A stretch of DNA of 64,000 bases from an uncultured bacterium (GTDB lineage Bacteria; Patescibacteriota; Saccharimonadia; UBA4664): assembly GCA_963720265.1 (NCBI GenBank), contig CAVRET010000002.1, forward strand, positions 663,601-727,600. The letters run 5' to 3'. Each line of letters starts with the position of its first letter. Positions within the stretch are counted from its first letter, which is position 1. The notes beneath the pieces were generated by a model. It did no database searches. It was not told the DNA's origin and was given only the letters and a program-made list of their open reading frames with translations. The position numbers and the translations under genes were made by a program. This document shows positions 45,450 through 55,204 of the stretch, in pieces.

Positions 45450-46211
45450 ATGGACAGCAGACTAACAGGGCACTATGTACAAAGTCACAAGCGGTTACTG
45501 TTGTTTGACTACGATGGCACCTTGGTCAATTTTCACCGCGTCCCAGAAAAGGCTACGCCAACGGAAAGACTAATGCAAGTACTGCGACGGTTGTGCGCCG
45601 ACCCTCACAACCAAGTGGTAATTATTTCCGGCCGCGATCGGCATTTTCTCGATCGTTATTTTGCCAAACTACCGCTCGCACTAACGGCCGAGCACGGTTA
45701 CCTGGTGCGTGATAAAGTCGGAGTCTGGCGTGAAACTAAAACCCAGCCGCCACACTGGAAGCCAATAATTCGTCGTGAACTGGACGAGGCTGCTCGCGAC
45801 CTGCCCGGTGTCAAGCTCGAAGAAAAAGCCTCATCGCTGGTTTGGCATTTCGACGGCGCGACTGACGAAGCGGCCTGTGCGGTCGTGGCGGCCGATTTGC
45901 GTGAACGACTTAGGCCCCAGCTCGACCAGCTCGGTCTTGTCGCCGAAAGCGGCCGTAAAATCCTCGAGGTCCGGATTGCAGGAGTAACGAAAGGTCATAT
46001 TGCGCGCCGGTGGCTTGACGCTGCGCCCTGGGATTTTGTGCTGGCCGCCGGCGATGACACAACCGACGAAACCATGTTTGCAGAACTACCACCCGGCGCC
46101 TTTAGCATCAAAGTGAGGCCCGGCGCCACCGCTGCCCGCTATCACCTCGCCGACGCTGCAGCCATGCTCGTCCTGCTCGAAGGCCTCACGGCATCGGCGC
46201 CAACCCCATAG
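45450..46211 (+). CDS. otsB: trehalose-6-phosphate phosphatase
   Basis: HAD motif LLLFDYDGTLV. It is adjacent to and divergent from otsA. Confidence 0.75.
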   Translation: MDSRLTGHYVQSHKRLLLFDYDGTLVNFHRVPEKATPTERLMQVLRRLCADPHNQVVIISGRDRHFLDRYFAKLPLALTAEHGYLVRDKVGVWRETKTQPPHWKPIIRRELDEAARDLPGVKLEEKASSLVWHFDGATDEAACAVVAADLRERLRPQLDQLGLVAESGRKILEVRIAGVTKGHIARRWLDAAPWDFVLAAGDDTTDETMFAELPPGAFSIKVRPGATAARYHLADAAAMLVLLEGLTASAPTP

Positions 46212-46237
46212 TGCATCTCTATCCTCAAAGGCTGGGG

Positions 46238-47818
46238 TTAACTCGGATCGTGGGCCTCATGTGCGAAATCGGCCACGGGCTGGGCGGGAGGGGCAGCACT
46301 CTCGGCCGTCGTCGTGGCAGGAGGCGTCGTACTTGGGGCTGCCGAAGGAACGGCTGTACGAATGGTAAAAATCGCCAACAAGCCGGCGGCCAGCGCGAAG
46401 AAACCTGCCACCAATAATCCATTCTCAAATCCATGCACGGTCGCGGCCGCCACAAAGGCCTGAAACATCGGCGTCTGCGGCAGCCCTTTGATCAGGTTGT
46501 GCAAATAGTTGGCCGCGCTCGACGTTAACACGGCCGTGATGGCTGCCAGGCCAATCGCGCCTCCAATTTGCTGCGAAGTTGTCAGCAGACCCGAAGCCAG
46601 CCCGGCCTCGGTTGGCGCCACTCGGGAAGTGGCCGCGATCGTGGTACTCACAATGGTTGCACCCATACCAAAGGCCATAATAATAATGCCTGGCGCCACA
46701 CCACTCCAGTAGTGCCCGGCCAACTGGATCCCGGACTCCAAAAACAAGCCGGCCGCCATCAGCATTGGCCCGCCGATCAAAATCGGCCGGTAGCCGATGC
46801 GCGCAATCAGCCGCGGTACGTTAGTGGCCGCAATCGCAATACAGACCGGGAAGATCAAAAAGCTAAAGCCGGTTTTCACTGGTGAGTAGCCCAAAATTGT
46901 CTGCACATACAGCGTCACGATAAACAACGAAGAAAACACGCTCGCCGACATCAGCAGCATCTCCAGATCAGCTCCGGCCATGTTGCGGGTCCGGAAAATC
47001 GATAGCGGCATGAGCGGGTACTTCACCGACATCTCGTTAAATATGAACCCAGCCAGCGCCGCCAAGCTAATGTCGAAAAACAATAATGTGCGGGCCCCGG
47101 TCCAGCCATAGGTTGGCACAATTGACAGAGCATAGACCAAGCTAATCAGGCCTCCGGTCACCAACACGGCCCCGGGCAGGTCAAGATGCTTACGTCCAGG
47201 CGCCGGTGCCAGCTTCGGAATCACCGCCAACGTGGCAGCAAACACGACCACCCCGATCGGCACATTAATGAAAAAGTTCCACCGCCAACCCAAATATTGG
47301 GTAAAAATGCCGCCCAAGAGCACGCCCAAAGCGCCGCCGGCGGCGGCAATCGCACCCCACACCGATAGTGCGATGTTGCGTTGTTTCGTCTCCTGATAAG
47401 TGATAAGCACTGTTGACAATGCGGCCGGTGACATGAATGCCCCGGCCAGACCTTGCAACGCTCGGAACAAAATCAGCATGTCACCCGACCGCGACAGCCC
47501 TGAGCCCAACGATGCCAGTACGAATACGGTGAGTCCGCTCAAAAACAGCTGGCGCCGGCTAAAATAGTCAGAACTGCGGCCACCCAGCAATAAAAACCCG
47601 CCAAAGGTCAGCGAATAGGCTGTTAGGATCCACTGCAAATTGGAATCAGTCATGGAGAAATCGCGCTGAATCGACGGCAGTGCGATGTTCACGATCGACA
47701 CGTCCACGATCAACATAAATTGTGCCGCCGCCAGCACTACTAGCGGCAACCAGCTGATTTTTGGCTTCACTTCGGAAACGGCATCGGCATCCATCATCAT
47801 ATCCTTGCTGCGTCCCAT
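46238..47818 (-). CDS. MFS transporter, DHA2 (EmrB/QacA-like, 14 TMS)
   Basis: 14 predicted TM helices with a GGRSSDYFSRRQ motif. Confidence 0.8.
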   Translation of the reverse strand: MGRSKDMMMDADAVSEVKPKISWLPLVVLAAAQFMLIVDVSIVNIALPSIQRDFSMTDSNLQWILTAYSLTFGGFLLLGGRSSDYFSRRQLFLSGLTVFVLASLGSGLSRSGDMLILFRALQGLAGAFMSPAALSTVLITYQETKQRNIALSVWGAIAAAGGALGVLLGGIFTQYLGWRWNFFINVPIGVVVFAATLAVIPKLAPAPGRKHLDLPGAVLVTGGLISLVYALSIVPTYGWTGARTLLFFDISLAALAGFIFNEMSVKYPLMPLSIFRTRNMAGADLEMLLMSASVFSSLFIVTLYVQTILGYSPVKTGFSFLIFPVCIAIAATNVPRLIARIGYRPILIGGPMLMAAGLFLESGIQLAGHYWSGVAPGIIIMAFGMGATIVSTTIAATSRVAPTEAGLASGLLTTSQQIGGAIGLAAITAVLTSSAANYLHNLIKGLPQTPMFQAFVAAATVHGFENGLLVAGFFALAAGLLAIFTIRTAVPSAAPSTTPPATTTAESAAPPAQPVADFAHEAHDPS

Positions 47819-47870
47819 ACTGTAGCAATCTGGTGGGCCTGGTCAAGTGGTTGTTTGATACACTTGGATT

Positions 47871-49259
47871 ATGCCGAACCCAAATCTTTCCGATCTCAGG
47901 CGCGATATCGAGAGTCAGCGCGCCACTTTTGAGCAGCGCTTGAGCCGGCTCGTGGCCGTACCGACGGTGAGCGCCGACCCAGCCCATCTGCCTGACATCA
48001 GGCGCGGTGCCGAGCTCGCGGTTGAGCTATTACAAAACGCCGGGCTCCAGGCCGAATCCGTTCAGACTGCCGGCAATCCGGTTGTGGTCGGGCGTCTGGT
48101 GCAAAACCCCGGCTTTCCCGCAATTACGCTCTATAATCATCTCGACGTACAGCCGGCCGACGCGACGGCCTGGGAGACTCCGCCATTTGATCTCAGCATC
48201 CACGACGGCCGCTATATCGGCCGCGGCGCCACCGACGACAAGGGCCCGGCGCTGACAATGCTCATGGCAGTCGAATACGCCCTCGCGCATCGCCTCCCGC
48301 TGAATTTCAACATCATTTGGGAACTGGAAGAGGAGCTTGGTAGCCCGCACTTCGAAGCCTTTATGCAGGCTCATACCTCGAGACTGGCCTGCGATGTGGC
48401 CGTGGTCTCAGATACCATGTGGATTTCCAACAAGCACCCGGCTATTTCGTATGGCCTGCGCGGCCTTATTACCTTTGAATTGAGCTTACGGACAGCCGAA
48501 GAAGAGGCGCATTCCGGTACGGTGGGTGGCGTCGCCCGTAACCCAATCAGTGAGCTCGCCCAGGCCATTAGCGAGTGCTATGACGCGACCACCGGCCGCG
48601 TTCTGATTCCCGGGTTCTACGATAACGTCCGCTCCGCTTCAGCTGCCGAGCTCGAAGAATTTGTGCGTTCCGGATTTGATGTCGACCAATTTGCCAAAGT
48701 TCACAAACTCCTAAAACTGCGCACGCGCGAAACCAAAGCAGTCCTGTCACGCATTATGGCCGAGCCCACCTTTGAGGTACACGGCCTGGTTGGCGGCTAT
48801 ACTGGGCCGGGCATTAAAACCGTGGTACCTCCGAACGCTACTGCCAAACTAAGTACACGTCTCGTGCCAAACCAGGATCCCGAGGCCATCTTTAGGCTTA
48901 TTAAAACCTTTACTACCGATCGCCATCCCGATATTCAGGTAAAACTCGAAGCCGGCGCTGGGCCGTATCTCGGCGACGTTGATGGACCGTATATGCAAGC
49001 GGCTCGAGCGGCCATGCGAGCAAGCTTTGGAGTCGAGCCGGCTTTAGTGCGCGAGGGCGGCTCGATCGGTGCTGTGCTCTCGCTGCAGCGACATCTCAAA
49101 GTTCCAGTTATTATGCTTGGGCTCAGCCTGCCGGAACACGGCTATCACGCCCCGGGAGAAAACTTTGATTGGCACCAAGCTGCAGGCGGCACAGCCATGT
49201 TTGTAGACTATTTCCAAGCCGTGACAGATATGCAGCCTAGAAACCACAAACTATCTTGA
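47871..49259 (+). CDS. M20-family metallopeptidase/dipeptidase
   Basis: HLDVQPA, GRGATDDKG, and metal-binding blocks. Confidence 0.75.
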   Translation: MPNPNLSDLRRDIESQRATFEQRLSRLVAVPTVSADPAHLPDIRRGAELAVELLQNAGLQAESVQTAGNPVVVGRLVQNPGFPAITLYNHLDVQPADATAWETPPFDLSIHDGRYIGRGATDDKGPALTMLMAVEYALAHRLPLNFNIIWELEEELGSPHFEAFMQAHTSRLACDVAVVSDTMWISNKHPAISYGLRGLITFELSLRTAEEEAHSGTVGGVARNPISELAQAISECYDATTGRVLIPGFYDNVRSASAAELEEFVRSGFDVDQFAKVHKLLKLRTRETKAVLSRIMAEPTFEVHGLVGGYTGPGIKTVVPPNATAKLSTRLVPNQDPEAIFRLIKTFTTDRHPDIQVKLEAGAGPYLGDVDGPYMQAARAAMRASFGVEPALVREGGSIGAVLSLQRHLKVPVIMLGLSLPEHGYHAPGENFDWHQAAGGTAMFVDYFQAVTDMQPRNHKLS

Positions 49260-49319
49260 ATATAGTCATCGATACGCGTACCATAAGCATTAACAATAAC
49301 GTAAAGAAAGGAACGAAGC

Positions 49320-49469
49320 ATGGCTGACCACGACCACGATCACGACCACGATCGCGAACAGCACATTCATGTCCACGTCCACGTCCACTTGCACGATGAC
49401 GACCGTCATCACAGTGATCACGATCACCACGACCATGACCACGACCGCGAAGAAGAGCACCACGACTAA
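49320..49469 (+). CDS. 49-aa His/Asp-rich peptide (candidate metal-binding)
   Basis: Manual translation gives MADHDHDHDHDREQHIHVHVHVHLHDDDRHHSDHDHHDHDHDREEEHHD. A purine-rich SD, AAAGAAAGGAACG, lies upstream. It is not in the ORF track because it is under 60 aa. Confidence 0.4.
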   Translation: MADHDHDHDHDREQHIHVHVHVHLHDDDRHHSDHDHHDHDHDREEEHHD

Positions 49470-49534
49470 GTCGTAAACGCCTCATAATACGGGGCGTTAT
49501 TCGTGCAGAAAAAGGGCAGCCTAGCTGCTCTTTT

Positions 49535-49900
49535 TTAAAATTCTTTAAACACTAGTTCGTCGGCGATAAAGAACTTGCGCGTAAATTCCACCGCCTTATG
49601 CGGTTCAAACGGCTTGCAAGTGTAGATATCCGCACTAAAAAATAGCCGAGGATGATGCTCGTTCCAGGCGTAAAAATGTGCACCGGAAGTCTCCCAGTGA
49701 GTCCAACCGGCCCAGCCGAAACGACTACTCCGGTTTGTTACGGGCTTAATGAGCGGGGTCATATCAAGTACATCCGATAATTCGGTCAGATAGTCCTTAA
49801 TTTGTTTATCAGTTATAGAAGCCGACGGGAAACCTTCAATGACTAGTCTCTGTCGGAAAATATCCGGCGCAATATCGCGATAGTTCGACAATAGATTCAT
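49535..49900 (-). CDS. speH: S-adenosylmethionine decarboxylase proenzyme (SpeH-type, class 1)
   Basis: ETSGAHFYAWNEHH ... ADIYTCKPF parallels the ESHISIHTWPE ... VDVFTCG blocks of SpeH. Confidence 0.55.
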   Translation of the reverse strand: MNLLSNYRDIAPDIFRQRLVIEGFPSASITDKQIKDYLTELSDVLDMTPLIKPVTNRSSRFGWAGWTHWETSGAHFYAWNEHHPRLFFSADIYTCKPFEPHKAVEFTRKFFIADELVFKEF

Positions 49901-49967
49901 CCTTTCTATATAAGCATAGGGCCTATATAAATCATATCAAAGCGGTATAGTAAGTATAGTAAGCAAT

Positions 49968-51650
49968 ATGCCAATCACCCGTCCGACCGCCGCACCTGGT
50001 CCACATTACAAGTGGATCGCACTATCCAATACCACGCTCGGCATGCTCATTGCCACGCTCAACGCCACGAGCCTCATTATCGCCCTGCCGGTAGTGTTTC
50101 GAGGCCTCGGAATTAACCCGCTTGATGCCGGGAGCTTTGACTATCTGCTGTGGATACTAATGGGCTATATGCTGGTTACGGCCGTGTTTGTGGTAACGCT
50201 CGGCCGGCTTGGCGACATCTACGGTCGCGTCAAGCTCTACAACCTCGGCTTTGTCGTTTTCACTCTCGGCGCGCTCGGGGCAGCGGCAACCTGGAGTCAC
50301 GGCAATGCCGGCGCGCTTGAGCTCATTATTATGCGTATGATACAAGCCGTGGGCGGCGCCATTCTTATGGCCAATTCCGCCGCCATCCTCACCGACGCCT
50401 TTCCTCACAATCAACGCGGCATGGCGCTTGGTATTAACCAAATCGCCATGCTGGCCGGCTCATTCCTGGGCATTCTGGCCGGCGGTATCCTAAGCCAGTT
50501 TTCCTGGCGCTGGGTATTTTTCTTTAATGTACCGATCGGACTTGCTGGCGCCGTTTGGTCGTACATTGCGCTCAGAGAAATCGATCATCCCAAGCCGGCC
50601 AAAATTGACATACTCGGTAATCTCACGTTTGCCGTCGGCCTGGCCATGCTGTTGATCGGTATCACCTACGGCATTCGGCCGTATCGTTCACATCCAATGG
50701 GCTGGTCCAGCCCATTCGTACTCGCCATGATTGCCTTCGGTCTGCTTGCCCTCTGCCTATTCGTGGTTGTGGAGCGGCGGGCAGCCGAGCCGATGTTTAA
50801 TCTCGGGCTGTTTCGGATTCGTGCCTTTACGGCCGGCAATATTGCCGGACTACTGGCGGCCGTTGGTCGCGGGGGCCTGCAATTTATGCTCATTATGTGG
50901 TTGCAGGGGATTTGGCTGCCGCTGCACGGCTACGCCTTCGCGCAGACCCCACTGTGGGCCGGCATTTACATGCTACCAACGACGCTCGGATTCCTCATCG
51001 CAGGGCCCTTGTCTGGTTATCTGTCTGACCGCTACGGCGCCCGCCCTTTCGCCACCGGCGGCATGCTGCTCGCAGCTGTCAGTTTTGCACTTATGATGAC
51101 GCTGCCGGTTAACTTTCCGTACCCGGCCTTTGCCGGCATTCTAGTGCTCAACGGCCTGTCTTTCGGCCTGTTTAGCTCGCCCAACACGGCCGGCATCATG
51201 AACTCAGTACCGGCACAGTTTCGGGGCGCCGCATCAGGCATGCGGGCAACCTTTCAAAACGTTGGTTTGCCCCTGTCCATCGGCATCTTTTTCACCCTCA
51301 TGATTAGCGGGCTGTCGACCCAAGTGCCAAAAGCGCTATACACCGGCCTCACCACCAACGGGGTAGCTCCGGCTCTAGCCGGGCAGCTCTCGCATCTGCC
51401 GGCCATAAGCTACTTGTTCGCGGCTTTCTTGGGCTACAATCCGCTCAAAAACCTGCTCGGGCCGCAGGTTTTGGGCGCACTGCCGTCGGCCGAAGCCGCC
51501 CGGCTGACATCCAAACAATTCTTTCCCACGCTCATCGGTGCACCGTTTAAGCACGGGCTCACGATCGTATTAACCTTTGCTATAATTGCCTGCCTCATTG
51601 CCGCGGTCGCCAGCTGGTTGCGTGGTGGCAAATACGTTCGTCAAGCCTAA
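49968..51650 (+). CDS. MFS transporter (14-TMS drug:H+ antiporter-like)
   Basis: 14 TM helices with a GRLGDIYGRVK MFS motif. Confidence 0.8.
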   Translation: MPITRPTAAPGPHYKWIALSNTTLGMLIATLNATSLIIALPVVFRGLGINPLDAGSFDYLLWILMGYMLVTAVFVVTLGRLGDIYGRVKLYNLGFVVFTLGALGAAATWSHGNAGALELIIMRMIQAVGGAILMANSAAILTDAFPHNQRGMALGINQIAMLAGSFLGILAGGILSQFSWRWVFFFNVPIGLAGAVWSYIALREIDHPKPAKIDILGNLTFAVGLAMLLIGITYGIRPYRSHPMGWSSPFVLAMIAFGLLALCLFVVVERRAAEPMFNLGLFRIRAFTAGNIAGLLAAVGRGGLQFMLIMWLQGIWLPLHGYAFAQTPLWAGIYMLPTTLGFLIAGPLSGYLSDRYGARPFATGGMLLAAVSFALMMTLPVNFPYPAFAGILVLNGLSFGLFSSPNTAGIMNSVPAQFRGAASGMRATFQNVGLPLSIGIFFTLMISGLSTQVPKALYTGLTTNGVAPALAGQLSHLPAISYLFAAFLGYNPLKNLLGPQVLGALPSAEAARLTSKQFFPTLIGAPFKHGLTIVLTFAIIACLIAAVASWLRGGKYVRQA

Positions 51651-51716
51651 TAAAAAATCGCCCGGGGCGCAGCGGCTTCATTGGCCGCGCCCCGGTATTC
51701 CAGGCCACAAACGTTC

Positions 51717-52313
51717 TCACTGGTCCTGCCCACGCGCAGCGCGCAACTCAGCCAAGACGTCGGCCATGTCGAGTGAACGCAGCAGGCCCTGCGTCATCTC
51801 GCAGGCCGCTTGCAGCCTGCTGGCCACGCTACTGTCCTCGCCTGCGATCTGGAGTTGCATTTGGAGCCGCCCCAAATGCCTTTGTAGCTGCCGCTCCACG
51901 ACGCCCAACCGGGCCGTCTGATCAGTGGTGTCAGCGAAAATTCCGTCCGGATTGTGCCACCAGCAGCAGACCTGGTCGCTGCCGAATCGTGCCTGCACAA
52001 CTGCATCCAAATAGCGCTGCCTTTCGGCAAAGGATGCCAAAACCACCAGCAACTGTCCGCCGGCGAGGGCTAGCGCGACTTCAGGTCGCAGCGCGTCCGG
52101 TGATGGTAGTCGCGACAGAAGCACCTCGCCGCTGAGTACTGAGCCGTTATGCCGGTCCGGTGCGAATTGCGGGTGAACGACGAGATCATGCGGTCCGGCT
52201 CGCAGGCCCGGAACCGTGGCCAGCGCAACCGGAATCAGATCTTCAAGCAGGGCCCTAAGCTCCTCGCGCCCGCGCAGCCACTCTGGCAAGCCATCTACGC
52301 GTATGATGTGCAT
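51717..52313 (-). CDS. hypothetical protein
   Basis: A 198-aa ORF. A competing + ORF is present. No motif. Confidence 0.35.
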   Translation of the reverse strand: MHIIRVDGLPEWLRGREELRALLEDLIPVALATVPGLRAGPHDLVVHPQFAPDRHNGSVLSGEVLLSRLPSPDALRPEVALALAGGQLLVVLASFAERQRYLDAVVQARFGSDQVCCWWHNPDGIFADTTDQTARLGVVERQLQRHLGRLQMQLQIAGEDSSVASRLQAACEMTQGLLRSLDMADVLAELRAARGQDQ

Positions 52314-52415
52314 GTGCTACTCCTCCCGATTGGATTGAGCCAGGCAGTGTACACATCTTATAGCATGCACATGCGGAAGAGGGCAACGCAAAAAGCTTAT
52401 GGTATAAAAGGGTGT

Positions 52416-53540
52416 ATGAAGCCGTCATTGCCGCCACAGCCAACCATTCCTGCCGGTCCGGTGTCAATGCCGGCTGCGCCCGCGCCGCCAGCAAAACAGC
52501 CGCCATTTTGGCAGCGGCCACCGTTTCAGGCAGCGACCGCCATCGTTGCGCTCGGCCTCGTGTTTGCGCTCGGCTACTTTGCGTCCGTCGCAGTCCGCCC
52601 AGCCTCGGTAGCAAAAACCACCAGCCCGGCGCCCACTAGCACCACCAAGCCTACCGTTGCGGCCTCGGCCACGCCGGCTGTGCAGGGTTTGCAGCTCGAT
52701 CCGAACAAAAATTATGGCAACAAGTATGCCGACGGCATCTTGCCTGTTGGGGACGGCAAATACACCACCACCGGTCCCGAAACCGGATATGTTTACGCCT
52801 GTCCGCAGTATGCTCAAAATCTCGCCACGAGCCAGGGCGGCGCCCAAGCACGCGGCCCCTGGTTTACTGATAACAACACCGAGTACAACGTCAACGAAAA
52901 AATTCACGTCCAGGGCAATGTTACCTGGCAAGCGCAGTACTCAATGGACGTCTCTGGCGGCACGCGCACGATCACCACCAACGACCTGCCCAATCACCCC
53001 ACCGGCATTTTCCCCATCGGCCGGAGCGACCCAGCCTACGCCTACGACCACAACCCTAACAGCATTGCCGCCCAGCATCTCACGTATGCGCTGCCGGCTG
53101 ATCCGGCCTACGGGAGCCCTACGTGCATGGGTGGGGAAGTGGGCATTATGACCACCGGCGTAGCCCTGTTCTCGGCCTTTGACGCCGGCGGCCGCGATGC
53201 CGGCGCCTGGGAAGTCCAAGATGAGTGCAACGGCCACCCGCAAATGGACAGCCTCTACCACTACCACACGTTAAGCGCCTGCATTAAAGACACGAGCGTG
53301 CACACGGTAATCGGCTACGCTCTCGATGGGTTCCCCATTACCGGTCCGCAAGTTGGGCCAAATAATGTCCTCACCACGTCCGACCTCGACGCCTGCCACG
53401 GTATCACAAGCCAAATTACCCTCGATGGTAAATCCGTCACCATGTATCACTACGTCATGACCCAAGACTTTCCGTATTCGGCCAGCTGTTTCCGGGGCCA
53501 TGCTATCCAGCCACCGGATTTGGCCGGCGGCCAGCCCTAA
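52416..53540 (+). CDS. secreted/membrane-anchored YHYH-motif protein
   Basis: The start was moved to ATG 52416 (MKPSLPP...), which is in frame with the track ORF. It has a Pro-rich region, a TM helix, a Thr/Pro linker and a C-terminal YHYHTLSAC motif. Confidence 0.5.
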   Translation: MKPSLPPQPTIPAGPVSMPAAPAPPAKQPPFWQRPPFQAATAIVALGLVFALGYFASVAVRPASVAKTTSPAPTSTTKPTVAASATPAVQGLQLDPNKNYGNKYADGILPVGDGKYTTTGPETGYVYACPQYAQNLATSQGGAQARGPWFTDNNTEYNVNEKIHVQGNVTWQAQYSMDVSGGTRTITTNDLPNHPTGIFPIGRSDPAYAYDHNPNSIAAQHLTYALPADPAYGSPTCMGGEVGIMTTGVALFSAFDAGGRDAGAWEVQDECNGHPQMDSLYHYHTLSACIKDTSVHTVIGYALDGFPITGPQVGPNNVLTTSDLDACHGITSQITLDGKSVTMYHYVMTQDFPYSASCFRGHAIQPPDLAGGQP

Positions 53541-53593
53541 AATTTGAAGCATTTACCAAATACAAGCCAGGGTTCGCTTGCTATATTGCCGCC

Positions 53594-55204
53594 ATGGACA
53601 CAAATTGGTTTGCCAACGCCATAATCTATGGAGTTAATATTCCCACGTTCCAAGACTCGAACGGCGACGGCATCGGCGACATTGCCGGCCTCACCAGCCG
53701 CCTCGATTATTTGGCCGATCTGGGGGTGACGTGTCTGTGGCTGCTGCCCTTTTATCCCAGCCCACGCCGCGACAACGGGTATGATGTGTCGCACTACTAC
53801 GGAGTCGACCCGCGGCTCGGCACGCTCGATGATGTCCGCGAGCTGGCCGCACAGGCCAAGGCCCGCGGCATTCGCCTCATGACCGACTTAGTGGTTCACC
53901 ACACCTCGGATCGCCACCCCTGGTTTGAAGCTGCCAAATCCGACCGCCACTCGTCCTATCGTGATTATTACATCTGGAGTGACGAGCGCCCGGAAGAAGA
54001 GGAAGAGCCAAACTTTCCAGAGGCGGAATCGGGCATGTGGCGCTACGAGCCGATTTCACGCTCGTATTATCATCATGCGTTCTATCATTTCCAGCCTGAC
54101 CTTAACTTCGCCAACACGCGCGTCCAGGAGGAGGTATTGCGCATCATGGACTTTTGGCTGGCACTCGGTGTATCCGCTTTCCGGCTCGATGCCGCCCCGC
54201 TTATCATCGGTCGCAAAGGCTTGCCCGGCACCGAGGTTGAGCCGAGCCAATTTTGGAACCGCATCAGGGCCTGGCTCAGCCATCGCAACCCCCAGGCCGC
54301 ACTCATGGCCGAGGCCAACATTCCAATGGAGGAGATCAACAAGTATGTGAACGACGGCCGTGGCATTCATATGTTTCTCAACTTCTGGACCAATCAGACC
54401 ATTATCTATGCTCTCGCCGCCGGCCGTGCCGATCCCGTCATCGGCACGCTCAAGGAGCTACCGATACTTCCGAGTGGAGCGCAATACGTTACATTCTTGC
54501 GCAACCTGGACGAGCTCAACATCGCACGCCTGAGCGAAAGCGAGCAGCAGCTGGTATACAAAAAGTTCGGTCCCAGGAAAAATATGCAAATCTACCATCG
54601 CGGCATCAGACGCCGGCTCGCACCCATGCTCAAGGGCAATGGGCGTCGGCTGCGGCTCGCCTTTAGTCTCATGTTCGCCATGCCCGGGGCGCCCATGATC
54701 GTCTACGGCGACGAGATCGGTATGGGTGAAAATTTGATGCTCACCGAGCGCGATAGCGTGCGGACGCCCATGCAATGGAACAGCTCAGATCAGGCCGGCT
54801 TTTCTCCTGCTGAGTCCAGTCACATGATTCACCGCATGGTCACCAACCCGGGCTACCATTTTCGTACCGTGAACGTCGCCGACCAGCAAGCCGACCCCAA
54901 CTCACTCTGGCACTTTATGAAGCGGCTCATTGCCACCCGCAAAGATTGCCCGGCCATCGGCGAAGGTACATTTTCGCAGCTCGACTGCGGTGACCCGGCC
55001 GTCTTAGCGATAGGCTACACCAACAAGCACCGGTTGGTTGTAGTGCACAATTTGTCCGCCCAGTCAAAAACAGTCTCGCTTCCAATCGGGATCAAGCTCC
55101 AGGCACTAACTGAAATCTTGAGCGATCGGCCGTACGGGCCGCTCCATGCCGGTAAACTTAAGCTTGGGCCATACGGCTTTCGGTGGCTGTATGGCGAGCG
55201 CTAG
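53594..55204 (+). CDS. GH13 alpha-amylase-family enzyme, trehalose synthase (TreS)-like
   Basis: FQDSNGDGIGDIAGLTSRLDYLADLGVTCLWLLP, DLVVHHTSDRHPWF, and GFRLDAA. Confidence 0.75.
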   Translation: MDTNWFANAIIYGVNIPTFQDSNGDGIGDIAGLTSRLDYLADLGVTCLWLLPFYPSPRRDNGYDVSHYYGVDPRLGTLDDVRELAAQAKARGIRLMTDLVVHHTSDRHPWFEAAKSDRHSSYRDYYIWSDERPEEEEEPNFPEAESGMWRYEPISRSYYHHAFYHFQPDLNFANTRVQEEVLRIMDFWLALGVSAFRLDAAPLIIGRKGLPGTEVEPSQFWNRIRAWLSHRNPQAALMAEANIPMEEINKYVNDGRGIHMFLNFWTNQTIIYALAAGRADPVIGTLKELPILPSGAQYVTFLRNLDELNIARLSESEQQLVYKKFGPRKNMQIYHRGIRRRLAPMLKGNGRRLRLAFSLMFAMPGAPMIVYGDEIGMGENLMLTERDSVRTPMQWNSSDQAGFSPAESSHMIHRMVTNPGYHFRTVNVADQQADPNSLWHFMKRLIATRKDCPAIGEGTFSQLDCGDPAVLAIGYTNKHRLVVVHNLSAQSKTVSLPIGIKLQALTEILSDRPYGPLHAGKLKLGPYGFRWLYGER

